Of a stretch of DNA of 64,000 nucleotides, positions 17,086 through 26,033 are shown in pieces (position 1 is the first letter of the stretch; every line of letters begins with the position of its first letter). This stretch comes from Chlamydiia bacterium (GTDB lineage Bacteria > Chlamydiota > Chlamydiia > Chlamydiales > 2-12-FULL-49-11), in contig JAJACI010000002.1 of NCBI GenBank assembly GCA_022601595.1, positions 12,523-76,522 of the forward strand. Direction: 5' to 3'. Below the pieces are notes generated by a model. The model searched no databases. It saw only the letters and a program-made list of their open reading frames with translations, and was not told where the DNA came from. The position numbers and the translations under genes are program-made.

Positions 17086-18489
17086 ATGTCACAGATACTA
17101 GCATTTTTATTATACCTCTCTATTTTAATACTAATAGGGGTCCTCTCTTTTAAAAAGGGGCAATCATCCGACGATTTTATGCTCGGATCGCGTAAGATGA
17201 ACTTTTACCTTACCGCCTTTGCAGCGCATGCAAGCGATATGAGCAGCTGGATCTTTTTAGCATATCCTGCAGCTATTTATCTTGGCGGGCTCCGCGGGAT
17301 TTCAATCGCAATTGGACTAACCAGTTTTATGTTTTTAAACTGGCAATTTATAGCGCCAAAAATACGCACGGAAACAGAAAAATATGGGAGCCTTACCCTC
17401 TCCTCTTTTTTCGAGAGTAGATTTTCCGATTCTTCAGGAATACTAAGAATCTTCTCCTCGCTCGCTTGCATTATTTTCTTTACCGTCTATATCTCAGGAG
17501 GGCTTGTCAGTCTTGGCGTTCTATTAAATACTATTTTCTCCATACCATATTTCTGGGGGGTTATTCTTGGGATATTTGTAATCATCCCATATCTCTTTAT
17601 TGGTGGATATGTAACTCTTGCATGGACAGATTGTTTCCAGGGGATCTTTCTTTTATGTGTAATCCTACTTGTTCCAATATCAGCTTTTTATATCATGGGC
17701 ATCTCGTTTGAGTCCCTTTCCTTTATTTCCACGCCAAGGTTTTTACCTATTGAGGAAAGAACATGGTACTACCCTATTTTAGAAATATTTGCTTGGGGTC
17801 TTCCTTATTTTGGTCTGCCTCATGTGCTTACTAAATTTATGGGTATATCCGATGTAAAAGAAATGAAAAAAGCAAAGTGGGTGGGAATCTCTTGGCAAGT
17901 AACAGCCCTTGCAGGAGCAACTATTATTGGTTTTATTGCAAAAACCATCTATACACAAGGGTCCATTAACCCTGAATATGTTTTTATACAAATGACCACC
18001 ACATTATTTCCAGCTTTTCTTGCAACCTTTATCCTTTGCGCCATTCTTGGAGCAACCATAACGTGTATGGATTCACAGATCCTTGTGGTAGCAACCTCGC
18101 TTGCAGAAGATATCTATAAAAAAGTGATCCGAAAAGATGCTACATCAGCTGAGCTATTATTAGTAACAAGGCTCTCTATCTTTGCTGTAGCAATACTCTC
18201 GTGCATTATCGCACTTGTTTCTGGAAACTCAATAATGTCCTTAGTATCCTACTCATGGTTTGGCCTTGGAGCGTCCTTCTCTCCCCTTGTTCTCTTTTCT
18301 CTTTTTGGAAAAAGAGTTTCAAGAAATGGCGCTGCAGCAGGGCTCTTTACGGGCTGCTTTATAGCTGCTATCTGGCCGCTCTTCCCATTTGCAAAAGCGT
18401 GCCCATCGATGATCCCAGCCTTCCTCTTAAGCTGCCTTGCCATCAAGCTCTTCTCCATCCAAAAACCTACTACCCCTATCCCCCATTAG
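17086..18489 (+). CDS. Sodium:solute symporter family transporter (PutP/PanF-like)
   Basis: 467-aa polytopic membrane protein with about 12-13 hydrophobic segments and SSF-like organisation. Substrate cannot be assigned. Confidence 0.65.
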   Translation: MSQILAFLLYLSILILIGVLSFKKGQSSDDFMLGSRKMNFYLTAFAAHASDMSSWIFLAYPAAIYLGGLRGISIAIGLTSFMFLNWQFIAPKIRTETEKYGSLTLSSFFESRFSDSSGILRIFSSLACIIFFTVYISGGLVSLGVLLNTIFSIPYFWGVILGIFVIIPYLFIGGYVTLAWTDCFQGIFLLCVILLVPISAFYIMGISFESLSFISTPRFLPIEERTWYYPILEIFAWGLPYFGLPHVLTKFMGISDVKEMKKAKWVGISWQVTALAGATIIGFIAKTIYTQGSINPEYVFIQMTTTLFPAFLATFILCAILGATITCMDSQILVVATSLAEDIYKKVIRKDATSAELLLVTRLSIFAVAILSCIIALVSGNSIMSLVSYSWFGLGASFSPLVLFSLFGKRVSRNGAAAGLFTGCFIAAIWPLFPFAKACPSMIPAFLLSCLAIKLFSIQKPTTPIPH

Positions 18490-18506
18490 TATTTGCGTTT
18501 TTTTAA

Positions 18507-18666
18507 GGAGACTCTGATAAACTGCACTTTTTAGAATTTCTTCAGATTTTTTGAAAGGTATTCTATTTTGGAGTAAGCGGCATCCCTGTAGGGATGGGGC
18601 GTAACGAAAAATAGGATTTATAAGAAATCTGGGAGATTATAAAACTGCTCGTTTTTCAGAGTCTCC
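18507..18666 (+). mobile_element. Family A 160-bp element, copy A4 (tandem with A5)
   Basis: Full-length copy with left flank ttaa, separated from A5 by only taa. Confidence 0.9.
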
Positions 18667-18669
18667 TAA

Positions 18670-18829
18670 GGAGACTCTGATAAACTGCACTTTTTAGAAT
18701 TTCTTCAGATTTTTTGAAATAAATCCGATTTTGGAGTAAGCGGCATCCCTGTAGGGATGGGGCGTAACGAAAAATAGGATTTATAAGAAATCTAAGAGAT
18801 TATAAAACTGTCCGTTTTTCAGAGTCTCC
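18670..18829 (+). mobile_element. Family A 160-bp element, copy A5
   Basis: Full-length copy in direct tandem with A4; right flank taaa. Confidence 0.9.
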
Positions 18830-18832
18830 TAA

Positions 18833-18953
18833 AGGGAAGATAAGGTGTTTTTTAATCAGAAGATTTTTTATTTCCCTGGTCGACAGTGTATAGTTAATAC
18901 TCAGAGACCAGGGAAGTGAAAAATATACGATTAAAAAACACCTTAGGTTCCCT
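18833..18953 (+). repeat. Family C long hairpin C4, immediately after the phoH2 stop codon
   Basis: Arms agggaagataaggtgttttttaatcagaagattttttatttccctggtc / gaccagggaagtgaaaaatatacgattaaaaaacaccttaggttccct. Apex at 18882-18905 is gacagtgtatagttaatactcaga. Confidence 0.7.
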
Positions 18954-20288
18954 TTATAAAACTTTGGCGGCTAGCGCGGCAAGCTTAGAACGTTCTGTGT
19001 GCTCGAAGTAGATGGAACCAAACAAAGACTCTTTTTTCATTCTCCCTACCGTATACACCAGGCCGTTAGAATCTCTATCTAAATAGGGATTATCAATCTG
19101 TGTTGGATCTCCAAGGATTACAATCTTTGTATTCTCTCCTACTCTTGAGATAAGGGTTTTTAGTTCATGGGGAGTAAGGTTTTGCGCTTCGTCAATAATA
19201 ATATAGGCATTAGAAAAAGATCTTCCGCGCATATAGGTAATTGCCTCCACTTGAAATTTATTACTTTCAAGGATCCATTTTTTTGTTTCGGCGCCATCTT
19301 CGCCACCAGATTCACAGATGTAATCAAGGTTATCAAAGAAAGGTGCAAGCCATGACTGAAGTTTTTCTTCTTTATTGCCAGGTAAAAAGCCAATATCTTT
19401 ACCAAGTGGCATGATAGATCGTGCTATGATAATTCTATTGTATACATTATCATCAAAAACTTTTTGCAAACCTGCGGCAAGTGCTAACAGTGTTTTACCA
19501 GTACCTGCATTCCCGATAAAAGAAACCAGTTTCACATCATCACGAAGTAAAAGGTCAAGGGCGCATTTTTGTTCTACATTACGAGGTTTTACTCCCCAAA
19601 CATTTTGCCTTCCTTTCAAAAGAGGCTCAAGTTTATTATCACGAGCATTGACTTTTGCAATAGCAGAGGAATTTGCTTCCCCTTTTAATACTAAGTAAGA
19701 ATTTGGATAGTAATTGCCTGCAGGTATTGCTATCTCTCCCTCTTTATAAAACTCATCAATCACATCTTTTGTGACATCCACCGTAAATATACCTTTATAT
19801 AAACCCTCATACGTTTCTTGATTGCTCTTAAAGGTTGCTGTATCTACACCAATTGTTTCAGCTATAATTTTTGTCACAGGATCTTTAGAAACAAGCATCA
19901 CATCATGTCCTAATTCTTTTAACTGATGAGCTGATGATAATAATCGATGGCGAGTTCTGTCAGGAGATAAACCAGTTAACACAGAATCCTTATCCTTTTT
20001 ACTCGGCTCTTTTTCTATAACAATTCTAAATGATCCCCCTTTGGCCAAAGGTATCCCCTTTTGAATATCTCCCTGTCTTGCCACTTCATCAATAAACTTC
20101 ATCGCTTTACGAGCATTTCTACCCATCTCACCGTGCATTGCCTTCTTCCTATCTAGCTCCTCCAGAACAACTCCTGGTAAAACTATGTCATGCATTACAT
20201 ATTGGTGAAAAGCGGAAGGATCATGTAATAATACGCTTGCATCAAGCATACATGATTTTCTATCCTTTAAAGTGGATTTTTTATCCAT
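18954..20288 (-). CDS. phoH2: PIN-domain/PhoH-like ATPase (PhoH2 / YlaK type)
   Basis: N-terminal PIN-like MLDASVLLHDPSAF...LPGVVLEELD. C-terminal PhoH ATPase with Walker A GNAGTGKT and IIIDEAQN. Confidence 0.85.
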   Translation of the reverse strand: MDKKSTLKDRKSCMLDASVLLHDPSAFHQYVMHDIVLPGVVLEELDRKKAMHGEMGRNARKAMKFIDEVARQGDIQKGIPLAKGGSFRIVIEKEPSKKDKDSVLTGLSPDRTRHRLLSSAHQLKELGHDVMLVSKDPVTKIIAETIGVDTATFKSNQETYEGLYKGIFTVDVTKDVIDEFYKEGEIAIPAGNYYPNSYLVLKGEANSSAIAKVNARDNKLEPLLKGRQNVWGVKPRNVEQKCALDLLLRDDVKLVSFIGNAGTGKTLLALAAGLQKVFDDNVYNRIIIARSIMPLGKDIGFLPGNKEEKLQSWLAPFFDNLDYICESGGEDGAETKKWILESNKFQVEAITYMRGRSFSNAYIIIDEAQNLTPHELKTLISRVGENTKIVILGDPTQIDNPYLDRDSNGLVYTVGRMKKESLFGSIYFEHTERSKLAALAAKVL

Positions 20289-20470
20289 TAGAACTCCATA
20301 AGGTTAAATTATTAATTGTGATTAGATTTAGAGAAAAAAGATGATAAAAAGGTGTTTTCAGAAAAATCTCGCTCGGCTGGGGTTATCTCTAAATTCCAGT
20401 TATGCCTTTTTTATCTTTGCGTGACAAGATTTTTTTTTAAGTATTTATCGCTAATATCTTAGGAAAAACA

Positions 20471-21745
20471 TTGACTATCATGGTTTCTCCGTGCAAAATA
20501 GTCTCTAACCAAGGAATTATAATGATTTACTTATCAGAGTTACTTACAAAATGGGGCATGTCTGAGTCTTATGCGCTTGCAACATCCTTTTTTACTTGTC
20601 TTGGTGTAATATTTTTTATCGCTTATTCCGCTCATATCATATTCAAAATCTACTTGAGCAGACAAATAGGCAAATACCTAGAAAAAAAGCCTAATATTTG
20701 GGGACGTATCCTTTTAGATAGTCGATTGACACTTAGAATGTCACATCTTATTCCCGCAATGATCATTTTTTCAACGGTACCCCTTCTTAGCAGCACCAAC
20801 CTTTATTTTCATGACCCTATTATTAAGCTCACACAGACTGTAATGCTGTTATACATTCTAATCGCCTGTCTATCTGTGTTTAATGCCCTTGTTTATATTG
20901 TGGAAAATATACATAGAAGGCAGAAGAATAAAAAGAAACATTCTATTAAAAGCTACATTCAAGTAGTTCGTATTCTAGTCTATTTTCTAGCCTTGATTGT
21001 TGGTGTCTCAATTATTATCAACAAATCACCCATTGCATTGTTTACTGGTCTTGGTGCTATGGCTGCTGTTTTACTCTTGGCTTTTAAAGACTCTATTTCA
21101 GGATTTGTAGCAAGTGTACAACTCTCTTCATATGATATGGTTCGAGTGGGAGATTGGATTGTACTTCCGAAATTTGGCGCCGATGGAGATGTGCTTGAAA
21201 TCTCTTTAAACACGGTAAAAGTGCAAAATTTTGATAAAACGATCACTACCCTACCAACCTCAGCCCTTCTTTCTGAGGGGATGGTAAACTGGCGAGGAAT
21301 GGAAGAGGCCGGAGGCAGACGTATTAAACGCTCTATTTATATAGATATTAAGAGTGTGAAATTTTGTGATCCCCCTCTGCTTGAAAAGCTTAAAAAGCTC
21401 CATTACTTAAAAGACTATATAGCCGCAAAGGAAAAGGAAATTACCACTCATAATGCAGGAGAAGAGATTGGCAAACAAGATAATATTGCCAATGGACGCC
21501 ACCTTACTAATCTAGGATTATACAGGGCTTATGTAGAAAAATATGTCTCCAATCACCCCAAAATTCACAAGGAGTTTACCCTTCTTGTAAGGCATCTACA
21601 ACCAACAGAGCTGGGTCTTCCTTTAGAAATATACATTTTCACCAATGACATCAATTGGAACAGCTATGAAAATATCCAAGCAGATATTTTTGAGCACTTA
21701 TTCCCATGCTTAGATGTTTTTGATTTGAAAATATACCAAAGATAA
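20471..21745 (+). CDS. Mechanosensitive ion channel family protein (MscS-like)
   Basis: N-terminal TM helices, then the conserved MscS core GLGAMAAVLLLAFKDSISGFVASVQLSSYDMVRVGDWI...GDVLEISLNTVKVQNFD. The ORF opens at TTG 20471; ATG 20480 or 20522 are alternative starts. Confidence 0.8.
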   Translation: MTIMVSPCKIVSNQGIIMIYLSELLTKWGMSESYALATSFFTCLGVIFFIAYSAHIIFKIYLSRQIGKYLEKKPNIWGRILLDSRLTLRMSHLIPAMIIFSTVPLLSSTNLYFHDPIIKLTQTVMLLYILIACLSVFNALVYIVENIHRRQKNKKKHSIKSYIQVVRILVYFLALIVGVSIIINKSPIALFTGLGAMAAVLLLAFKDSISGFVASVQLSSYDMVRVGDWIVLPKFGADGDVLEISLNTVKVQNFDKTITTLPTSALLSEGMVNWRGMEEAGGRRIKRSIYIDIKSVKFCDPPLLEKLKKLHYLKDYIAAKEKEITTHNAGEEIGKQDNIANGRHLTNLGLYRAYVEKYVSNHPKIHKEFTLLVRHLQPTELGLPLEIYIFTNDINWNSYENIQADIFEHLFPCLDVFDLKIYQR

Positions 21746-21872
21746 ACCTCTAAAAACAAAAAACTTACACTTCGACTCAGCAGACCGGACTGCTAACTGC
21801 TAATTTTTGATTGACCAAGCAAAGCTGATATTGTATACTTAAGTTATATTATATTAATAAGGAGAGACTCTA

Positions 21873-22553
21873 ATGAAAATCAATGAACACATATTATCTA
21901 TTCCCCCTCACATTTCTACTGCTTGGGAAAACGTATCTCATTTACAAATGAACACACAAGGATCGCTTGAAGTGATTCTCCATAATGGAACAAAAGTAAC
22001 TATACCAAATTTAGAGGCAGATGTACTTGAAAAAGTTTTTGCAGCCCATGCCCTTTCTATAGAGTCACAACCTGCTACGCAAAGCGGCAATCCTTTTGGA
22101 CTTGATTTAAACACTTCTGGAATGGTTTTATCAGGAATGGAAAATTTTACAGGGATGATGCAGCATGACCCCAATCAAAGTGATGCCCCTAACCTGCCCA
22201 TAGAAATACTTGAAAAGATTTCAGAGATGGGAAAAGCAATGGGCATCGACACTGATACATTTAATATTCCTGAAGGCGACCCAAACTGCAATTGCCCTTA
22301 CTGCCAAATTTCACGTGCTGTTCATGGCAAACAACATCTGCAAGAAAAAGAAGATAATTCCATTGAAAAAGAGGTCTCCCAAGAAGAGTTAACCTTTAGA
22401 GAGTGGAACATTGATCAAAAAAACGATAAACTTTACGAGGTAACCAATCCTTTTGAAGAGTCGGAAAAATATTCCGTATATCTTGGTGATCCAATTGGAT
22501 GCACATGCGGAAAAAATAACTGCGAGCACATTCTTGCCGTATTAAAAAGTTAG
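21873..22553 (+). CDS. Hypothetical protein with C-terminal SWIM-type zinc finger
   Basis: RBS aaggagag upstream. C-terminal GCTCGKNNCEHILAV fits C-x-C-xn-C-x-H (SWIM), plus an additional CNCPYC motif. Confidence 0.6.
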   Translation: MKINEHILSIPPHISTAWENVSHLQMNTQGSLEVILHNGTKVTIPNLEADVLEKVFAAHALSIESQPATQSGNPFGLDLNTSGMVLSGMENFTGMMQHDPNQSDAPNLPIEILEKISEMGKAMGIDTDTFNIPEGDPNCNCPYCQISRAVHGKQHLQEKEDNSIEKEVSQEELTFREWNIDQKNDKLYEVTNPFEESEKYSVYLGDPIGCTCGKNNCEHILAVLKS

Positions 22554-22673
22554 AACCCTTTTATTATAGATCTTTTTCTTGCATGGAAAAATTCTTTATC
22601 TTACAATGAGAATTTGCAGTCTATTCTGCATTTCACACTAGTTTAGATCCTTGAATAGGGAGGGAATACCTAA

Positions 22674-23885
22674 ATGTTACACAAAATATTATCAGTTGCA
22701 ATACTTGCAACTGCAAGCACAAACTTAATCGCTTATGATAGCAAAATTGCTATTGCAAAAGAGACCAAGCTTGTACAAAAGCAAAACGTAAAAGCTGCAA
22801 AGCCCAGTTCTGCTAAAAAGTCTGAGCAATTTAAAAATTATAAGCCTTTTACTGCAAAAGTACTTGGTGAAGGAGTTAGACTTCGCTTAAATGCCGATGT
22901 TGAGTCTCCCATCCTTAGTGAGCTTTCTAAGCATGAGCTCCTTATTGTTAAAGGAGAAAAAGAGAGTTTCTACGCTGTAGAGGCACCTTCTGATATGAAA
23001 GTATATATCTTTAGAAGTTTTGTTTTAGACGGTCTTGTAGAAGGTAATAGAGTGAACGTAAGGCTTCAACCAGATCTAACCTCTCCTGTTGTTGGATATC
23101 TAAGCACTGGAGACCGTGTTGATGGGGAGATAAGCAAGAAAAACCATAAATGGTTAGAGTTTACTGCACCAAATAACATCCATTTCTTTGTAGCTAAAGA
23201 GTATTTAGAAAAAGCTGGAGGGCCTGAGCTAAAAGCACTACATGATGAAAAGCTTGCCAACCTCAAAGGGCTTGTAAAATCAGCTAATTTACTAGCTCAA
23301 GCTGAAATGCTAAAATCTTTTAAAGAAATAGATTTCAATCAAGTTACATCAAGATTCACAGAAATTTTAAATGACTACTCTGAGTTTACTAAAGAAATAG
23401 CTCCTGTTAGAAACACCCTTGCCAAACTACAAGAAGATTTCCTTCAAAAGAAATTAGCTTTTCTTGAAAATAAAGCGATGGCTTTAGGAAAAAGCATTGC
23501 TCTAGGTGGTGATTCAGCATCTATCATAGGCGGACAAACAGCCCTTACTTCATCAGACAGAATGAAACTTTGGTCTGCTGTCGAAGAGTCTTTGTTTGTT
23601 ACTTGGTCAGCAGCACATTTTAATAAAACAATGAACGACTTTTACGAGCAAGAAAAACTTGCAAGCGTAAAAATTTCAGGTATCGTAGAAGCTTACCACG
23701 ACTCTGTTTGTAATAAGCCTGGCAACTACATTATTCGCGGTGATAAAGATTTACCACGTGCCTATGTATACAGCACAATGGTAGACTTGCATAACCTTGA
23801 AGGTCAATATGTGACTCTCATCGTAGCACCTCGTCCTAACAACAACTTCGCCTTCCCTGCATACTTTGCCATGGAAGTTGAGTAG
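22674..23885 (+). CDS. Secreted SH3b-domain-containing protein (403 aa)
   Basis: Signal-peptide-like MLHKILSVAILATASTNLIA. Two bacterial-SH3-like segments (GVRLRLNADVESPILSEL...FYAV; RVNVRLQPDLTSPVVGYLSTGDRV). Confidence 0.6.
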   Translation: MLHKILSVAILATASTNLIAYDSKIAIAKETKLVQKQNVKAAKPSSAKKSEQFKNYKPFTAKVLGEGVRLRLNADVESPILSELSKHELLIVKGEKESFYAVEAPSDMKVYIFRSFVLDGLVEGNRVNVRLQPDLTSPVVGYLSTGDRVDGEISKKNHKWLEFTAPNNIHFFVAKEYLEKAGGPELKALHDEKLANLKGLVKSANLLAQAEMLKSFKEIDFNQVTSRFTEILNDYSEFTKEIAPVRNTLAKLQEDFLQKKLAFLENKAMALGKSIALGGDSASIIGGQTALTSSDRMKLWSAVEESLFVTWSAAHFNKTMNDFYEQEKLASVKISGIVEAYHDSVCNKPGNYIIRGDKDLPRAYVYSTMVDLHNLEGQYVTLIVAPRPNNNFAFPAYFAMEVE

Positions 23886-23896
23886 TTACTCATACC

Positions 23897-23947
23897 GATC
23901 AATAAAAAAGGCGGAAGATTTCACATCTTCCGCCTTTTTTATTGATC
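23897..23947. terminator. Bidirectional Rho-independent terminator
   Basis: gatcaataaaaaaggcggaagat-ttcac-atcttccgccttttttattgatc: GC-containing stem with A-run and T-run flanks, between convergent genes. Confidence 0.8.
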
Positions 23948-23956
23948 AGAATAAAT

Positions 23957-24445
23957 TCATCTTTCTTTTTTAGGTAAAGCGTTCAACATTTTTTCCCATA
24001 TACTAGGTTTTCCATTAGCGATATCTCCCATCCACTCTATAGGTTTTTCCTTTGCTTTCAGCATAACCCTTCTTTTCTCATCTCTCCAATCAAGCTCAGA
24101 TAATCTTAGTAAATCATTACAATAAGCACTATAATTACAATTGCATGCGGTAGGCACATCTTGCCCTGCTACTATTCTTACTTTTGCCTCTATCTCCCCT
24201 TTCTTATCCATTCCCTTAGGATCATCATTTTTAATCGGGTAATTCACTTTTGCATATATCAGATGATCACTAATTATCTCTTCTTGTTTCCAAGAGTTTA
24301 GCATAGAACTAATAAATCCAAAAAAAGAAAAAGAACATAACGTCACTTTTCTATCAGATGAATTTTTCGAAAATCTTTTTATAGCTGGATTCATATTTTG
24401 ACGAGCAGCCATCGCCATAGACCTAGTTGCGCTTAAAACAATCAT
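23957..24445 (-). CDS. Hypothetical protein (162 aa)
   Basis: ATG-to-stop ORF between a terminator and rmuC. No recognisable motif. Confidence 0.45.
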   Translation of the reverse strand: MIVLSATRSMAMAARQNMNPAIKRFSKNSSDRKVTLCSFSFFGFISSMLNSWKQEEIISDHLIYAKVNYPIKNDDPKGMDKKGEIEAKVRIVAGQDVPTACNCNYSAYCNDLLRLSELDWRDEKRRVMLKAKEKPIEWMGDIANGKPSIWEKMLNALPKKER

Positions 24446-24621
24446 TTTATAGTCTCTAAAATTGTATAATTAATCACACTCATTATAGGATACACACTAT
24501 TTAATAGTCGAATGTTTTAACAAGACAATCATTATATTATTTTTTTTAAATAAAAAAAACAAAGAAAGGTTTCTTAAGGAGGTCAGTCCTTAAGCAGGGT
24601 TTGGGACAGAGTCCCATTATT

Positions 24622-25896
24622 CTACTCTACAGTAACTTCATCACCATCAAGGTGAACACTTTTTACATTGCGGGTTTGCGCCTCTATTTGCTCAAGCAGA
24701 GCTATCTCTGCACCCCCTGATGTTGCCCCAAGATCCTGAAATTTTCTTGCGGAGGAGAGTACGCGCCGCTCATAGGTCCCTACTGTTTTATTATACCCTT
24801 CGACCGCACTATTCAATGATCTTCCTATTGCTGATAAGTGCTTGCTCATATCAAGTAACCTTTTGTACAGCTCTTGACCGAGCGATTGAATAGCTTTTGC
24901 ATGCTGCGCAACCGTTTCGCTTTTCCATCCATATGCAACCGATCGTAAAAGCCCTATTAATGTGGTTGGCGTGGAGAGGATCACTCCTAAACTTGCTCCA
25001 TACTCCATAAGAGTTGGATCTACTTGCATCGCTGCTGAAAAGAACACCTCTGAAGGGAGGAATAATACCACAAATTCTGGGGTATTTGTAAAGCCCTCAT
25101 AATATTTCTTTTTACTCAGCATCTGTATATGGGTGCGCAGATGGCGAGCGTGCCTCTCCATTTGCTTTAGCTTTTCTGCCTCACTGTCTGTGGACAGGGC
25201 TTTTAAAAATCCCTCAAAAGGTGCTTTGGCATCAACTATTATACATCTATCTCCAGCAAGCTTGATAACCATGTCTGGCCTCATTCGCCCTTCGGTTTCT
25301 CCAATACTCTGCTCAAGAAAATCGCAATTATTTACCATACCAGACACTTCTATCACCCTTTTAAGCTGCATCTCTCCCCACATACCGCGTATCTCTGGTT
25401 TAGACAGAGCATCTTTAAGATTTTTTGTCTCTTTGAGAAGATCCTTCTCAGAGCTTACCACCTGCCTCATCTGCTCAGTAAGCGCCTCTTTATCCCCCTT
25501 ACGCTCCTTTTCCATTGTGCTCATTTTCTCATCAAGCTTGCCCAACGACTCTTTCATAGGCTTAACAAGCTCGGAGAGCACTTTCCCGCGCCTCTCCTCC
25601 TCTTTATAAGCCTTCTCCTCCATCTTCTCTAATGCTTCTGTCGATATCCCTTTAAATACCTCTTTGAGCTTCTCCTTTGACTCATCTATTAATGCTAGCC
25701 TCTCTTTGAAGCTCTTAGCCTGTTCATCGAGTGATATCTCTAGGCGAGCCTTATCTATCTGCATTTCAGTGAGATGCGACTTGCTTTCTGTTAACTCTGC
25801 CTGTAACTCGTTGACTTGCTTCGACTTCTGTTTTATTGCAGTTAGAAAAGCCAAAGATACGAGTATTAATGTTATAAATGAGATAATTGCTATCAT
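24622..25896 (-). CDS. rmuC: DNA recombination protein RmuC
   Basis: N-terminal TM helix, long coiled coil, then the RmuC core (RPDMVIKLAGDRCIIVDAKAP...FVVLFLPSE). Confidence 0.8.
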   Translation of the reverse strand: MIAIISFITLILVSLAFLTAIKQKSKQVNELQAELTESKSHLTEMQIDKARLEISLDEQAKSFKERLALIDESKEKLKEVFKGISTEALEKMEEKAYKEEERRGKVLSELVKPMKESLGKLDEKMSTMEKERKGDKEALTEQMRQVVSSEKDLLKETKNLKDALSKPEIRGMWGEMQLKRVIEVSGMVNNCDFLEQSIGETEGRMRPDMVIKLAGDRCIIVDAKAPFEGFLKALSTDSEAEKLKQMERHARHLRTHIQMLSKKKYYEGFTNTPEFVVLFLPSEVFFSAAMQVDPTLMEYGASLGVILSTPTTLIGLLRSVAYGWKSETVAQHAKAIQSLGQELYKRLLDMSKHLSAIGRSLNSAVEGYNKTVGTYERRVLSSARKFQDLGATSGGAEIALLEQIEAQTRNVKSVHLDGDEVTVE

Positions 25897-26033
25897 GATA
25901 AATTCTCCTAAAAAGGCCCATTTTAGGCGAAATTTGGATAAAACCCAAGCTAAGAAACACCCTCTCCCCCTAGTAAGATTAATTAAATATATATTTATTT
26001 CGGTTTAATTATGAAAATTGATATAATATTACT

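Noticed and set aside
18507-18829. Tandem 160-bp repeats and the many repeated hairpins as a possible CRISPR array
   Set aside because: The repeat unit is 160 bp rather than 24-48 bp, there are only two adjacent units with a 3-nt gap (no spacers), copies are dispersed in both orientations, and there are no cas genes.
20348-20375. aaaaggtgttttcagaaaaatct resembling a family C left arm
   Set aside because: No apical motif or complementary arm follows. A T-rich match of this length is not significant in this genome.
21861-21871. ggagagactct upstream of ORF 21873 resembling the family A terminus
   Set aside because: The similarity does not extend beyond 11 nt, and the position fits an ordinary Shine-Dalgarno (aaggagag) for the downstream gene.
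24573-24594. Hairpin cttaagg-aggtcagt-ccttaag downstream of rmuC as a terminator
   Set aside because: The stem is only 7 bp and AT-rich, and the U-run on the transcribed strand is separated from it by about 12 nt. It is plausible but too weak to annotate.
25133-26008. Plus-strand ORFs 25133..25609 and 25664..26008 antisense to rmuC
   Set aside because: They are Ser/Leu-rich mirror translations of the Glu/Lys-rich coiled-coil region of RmuC, with no independent support.
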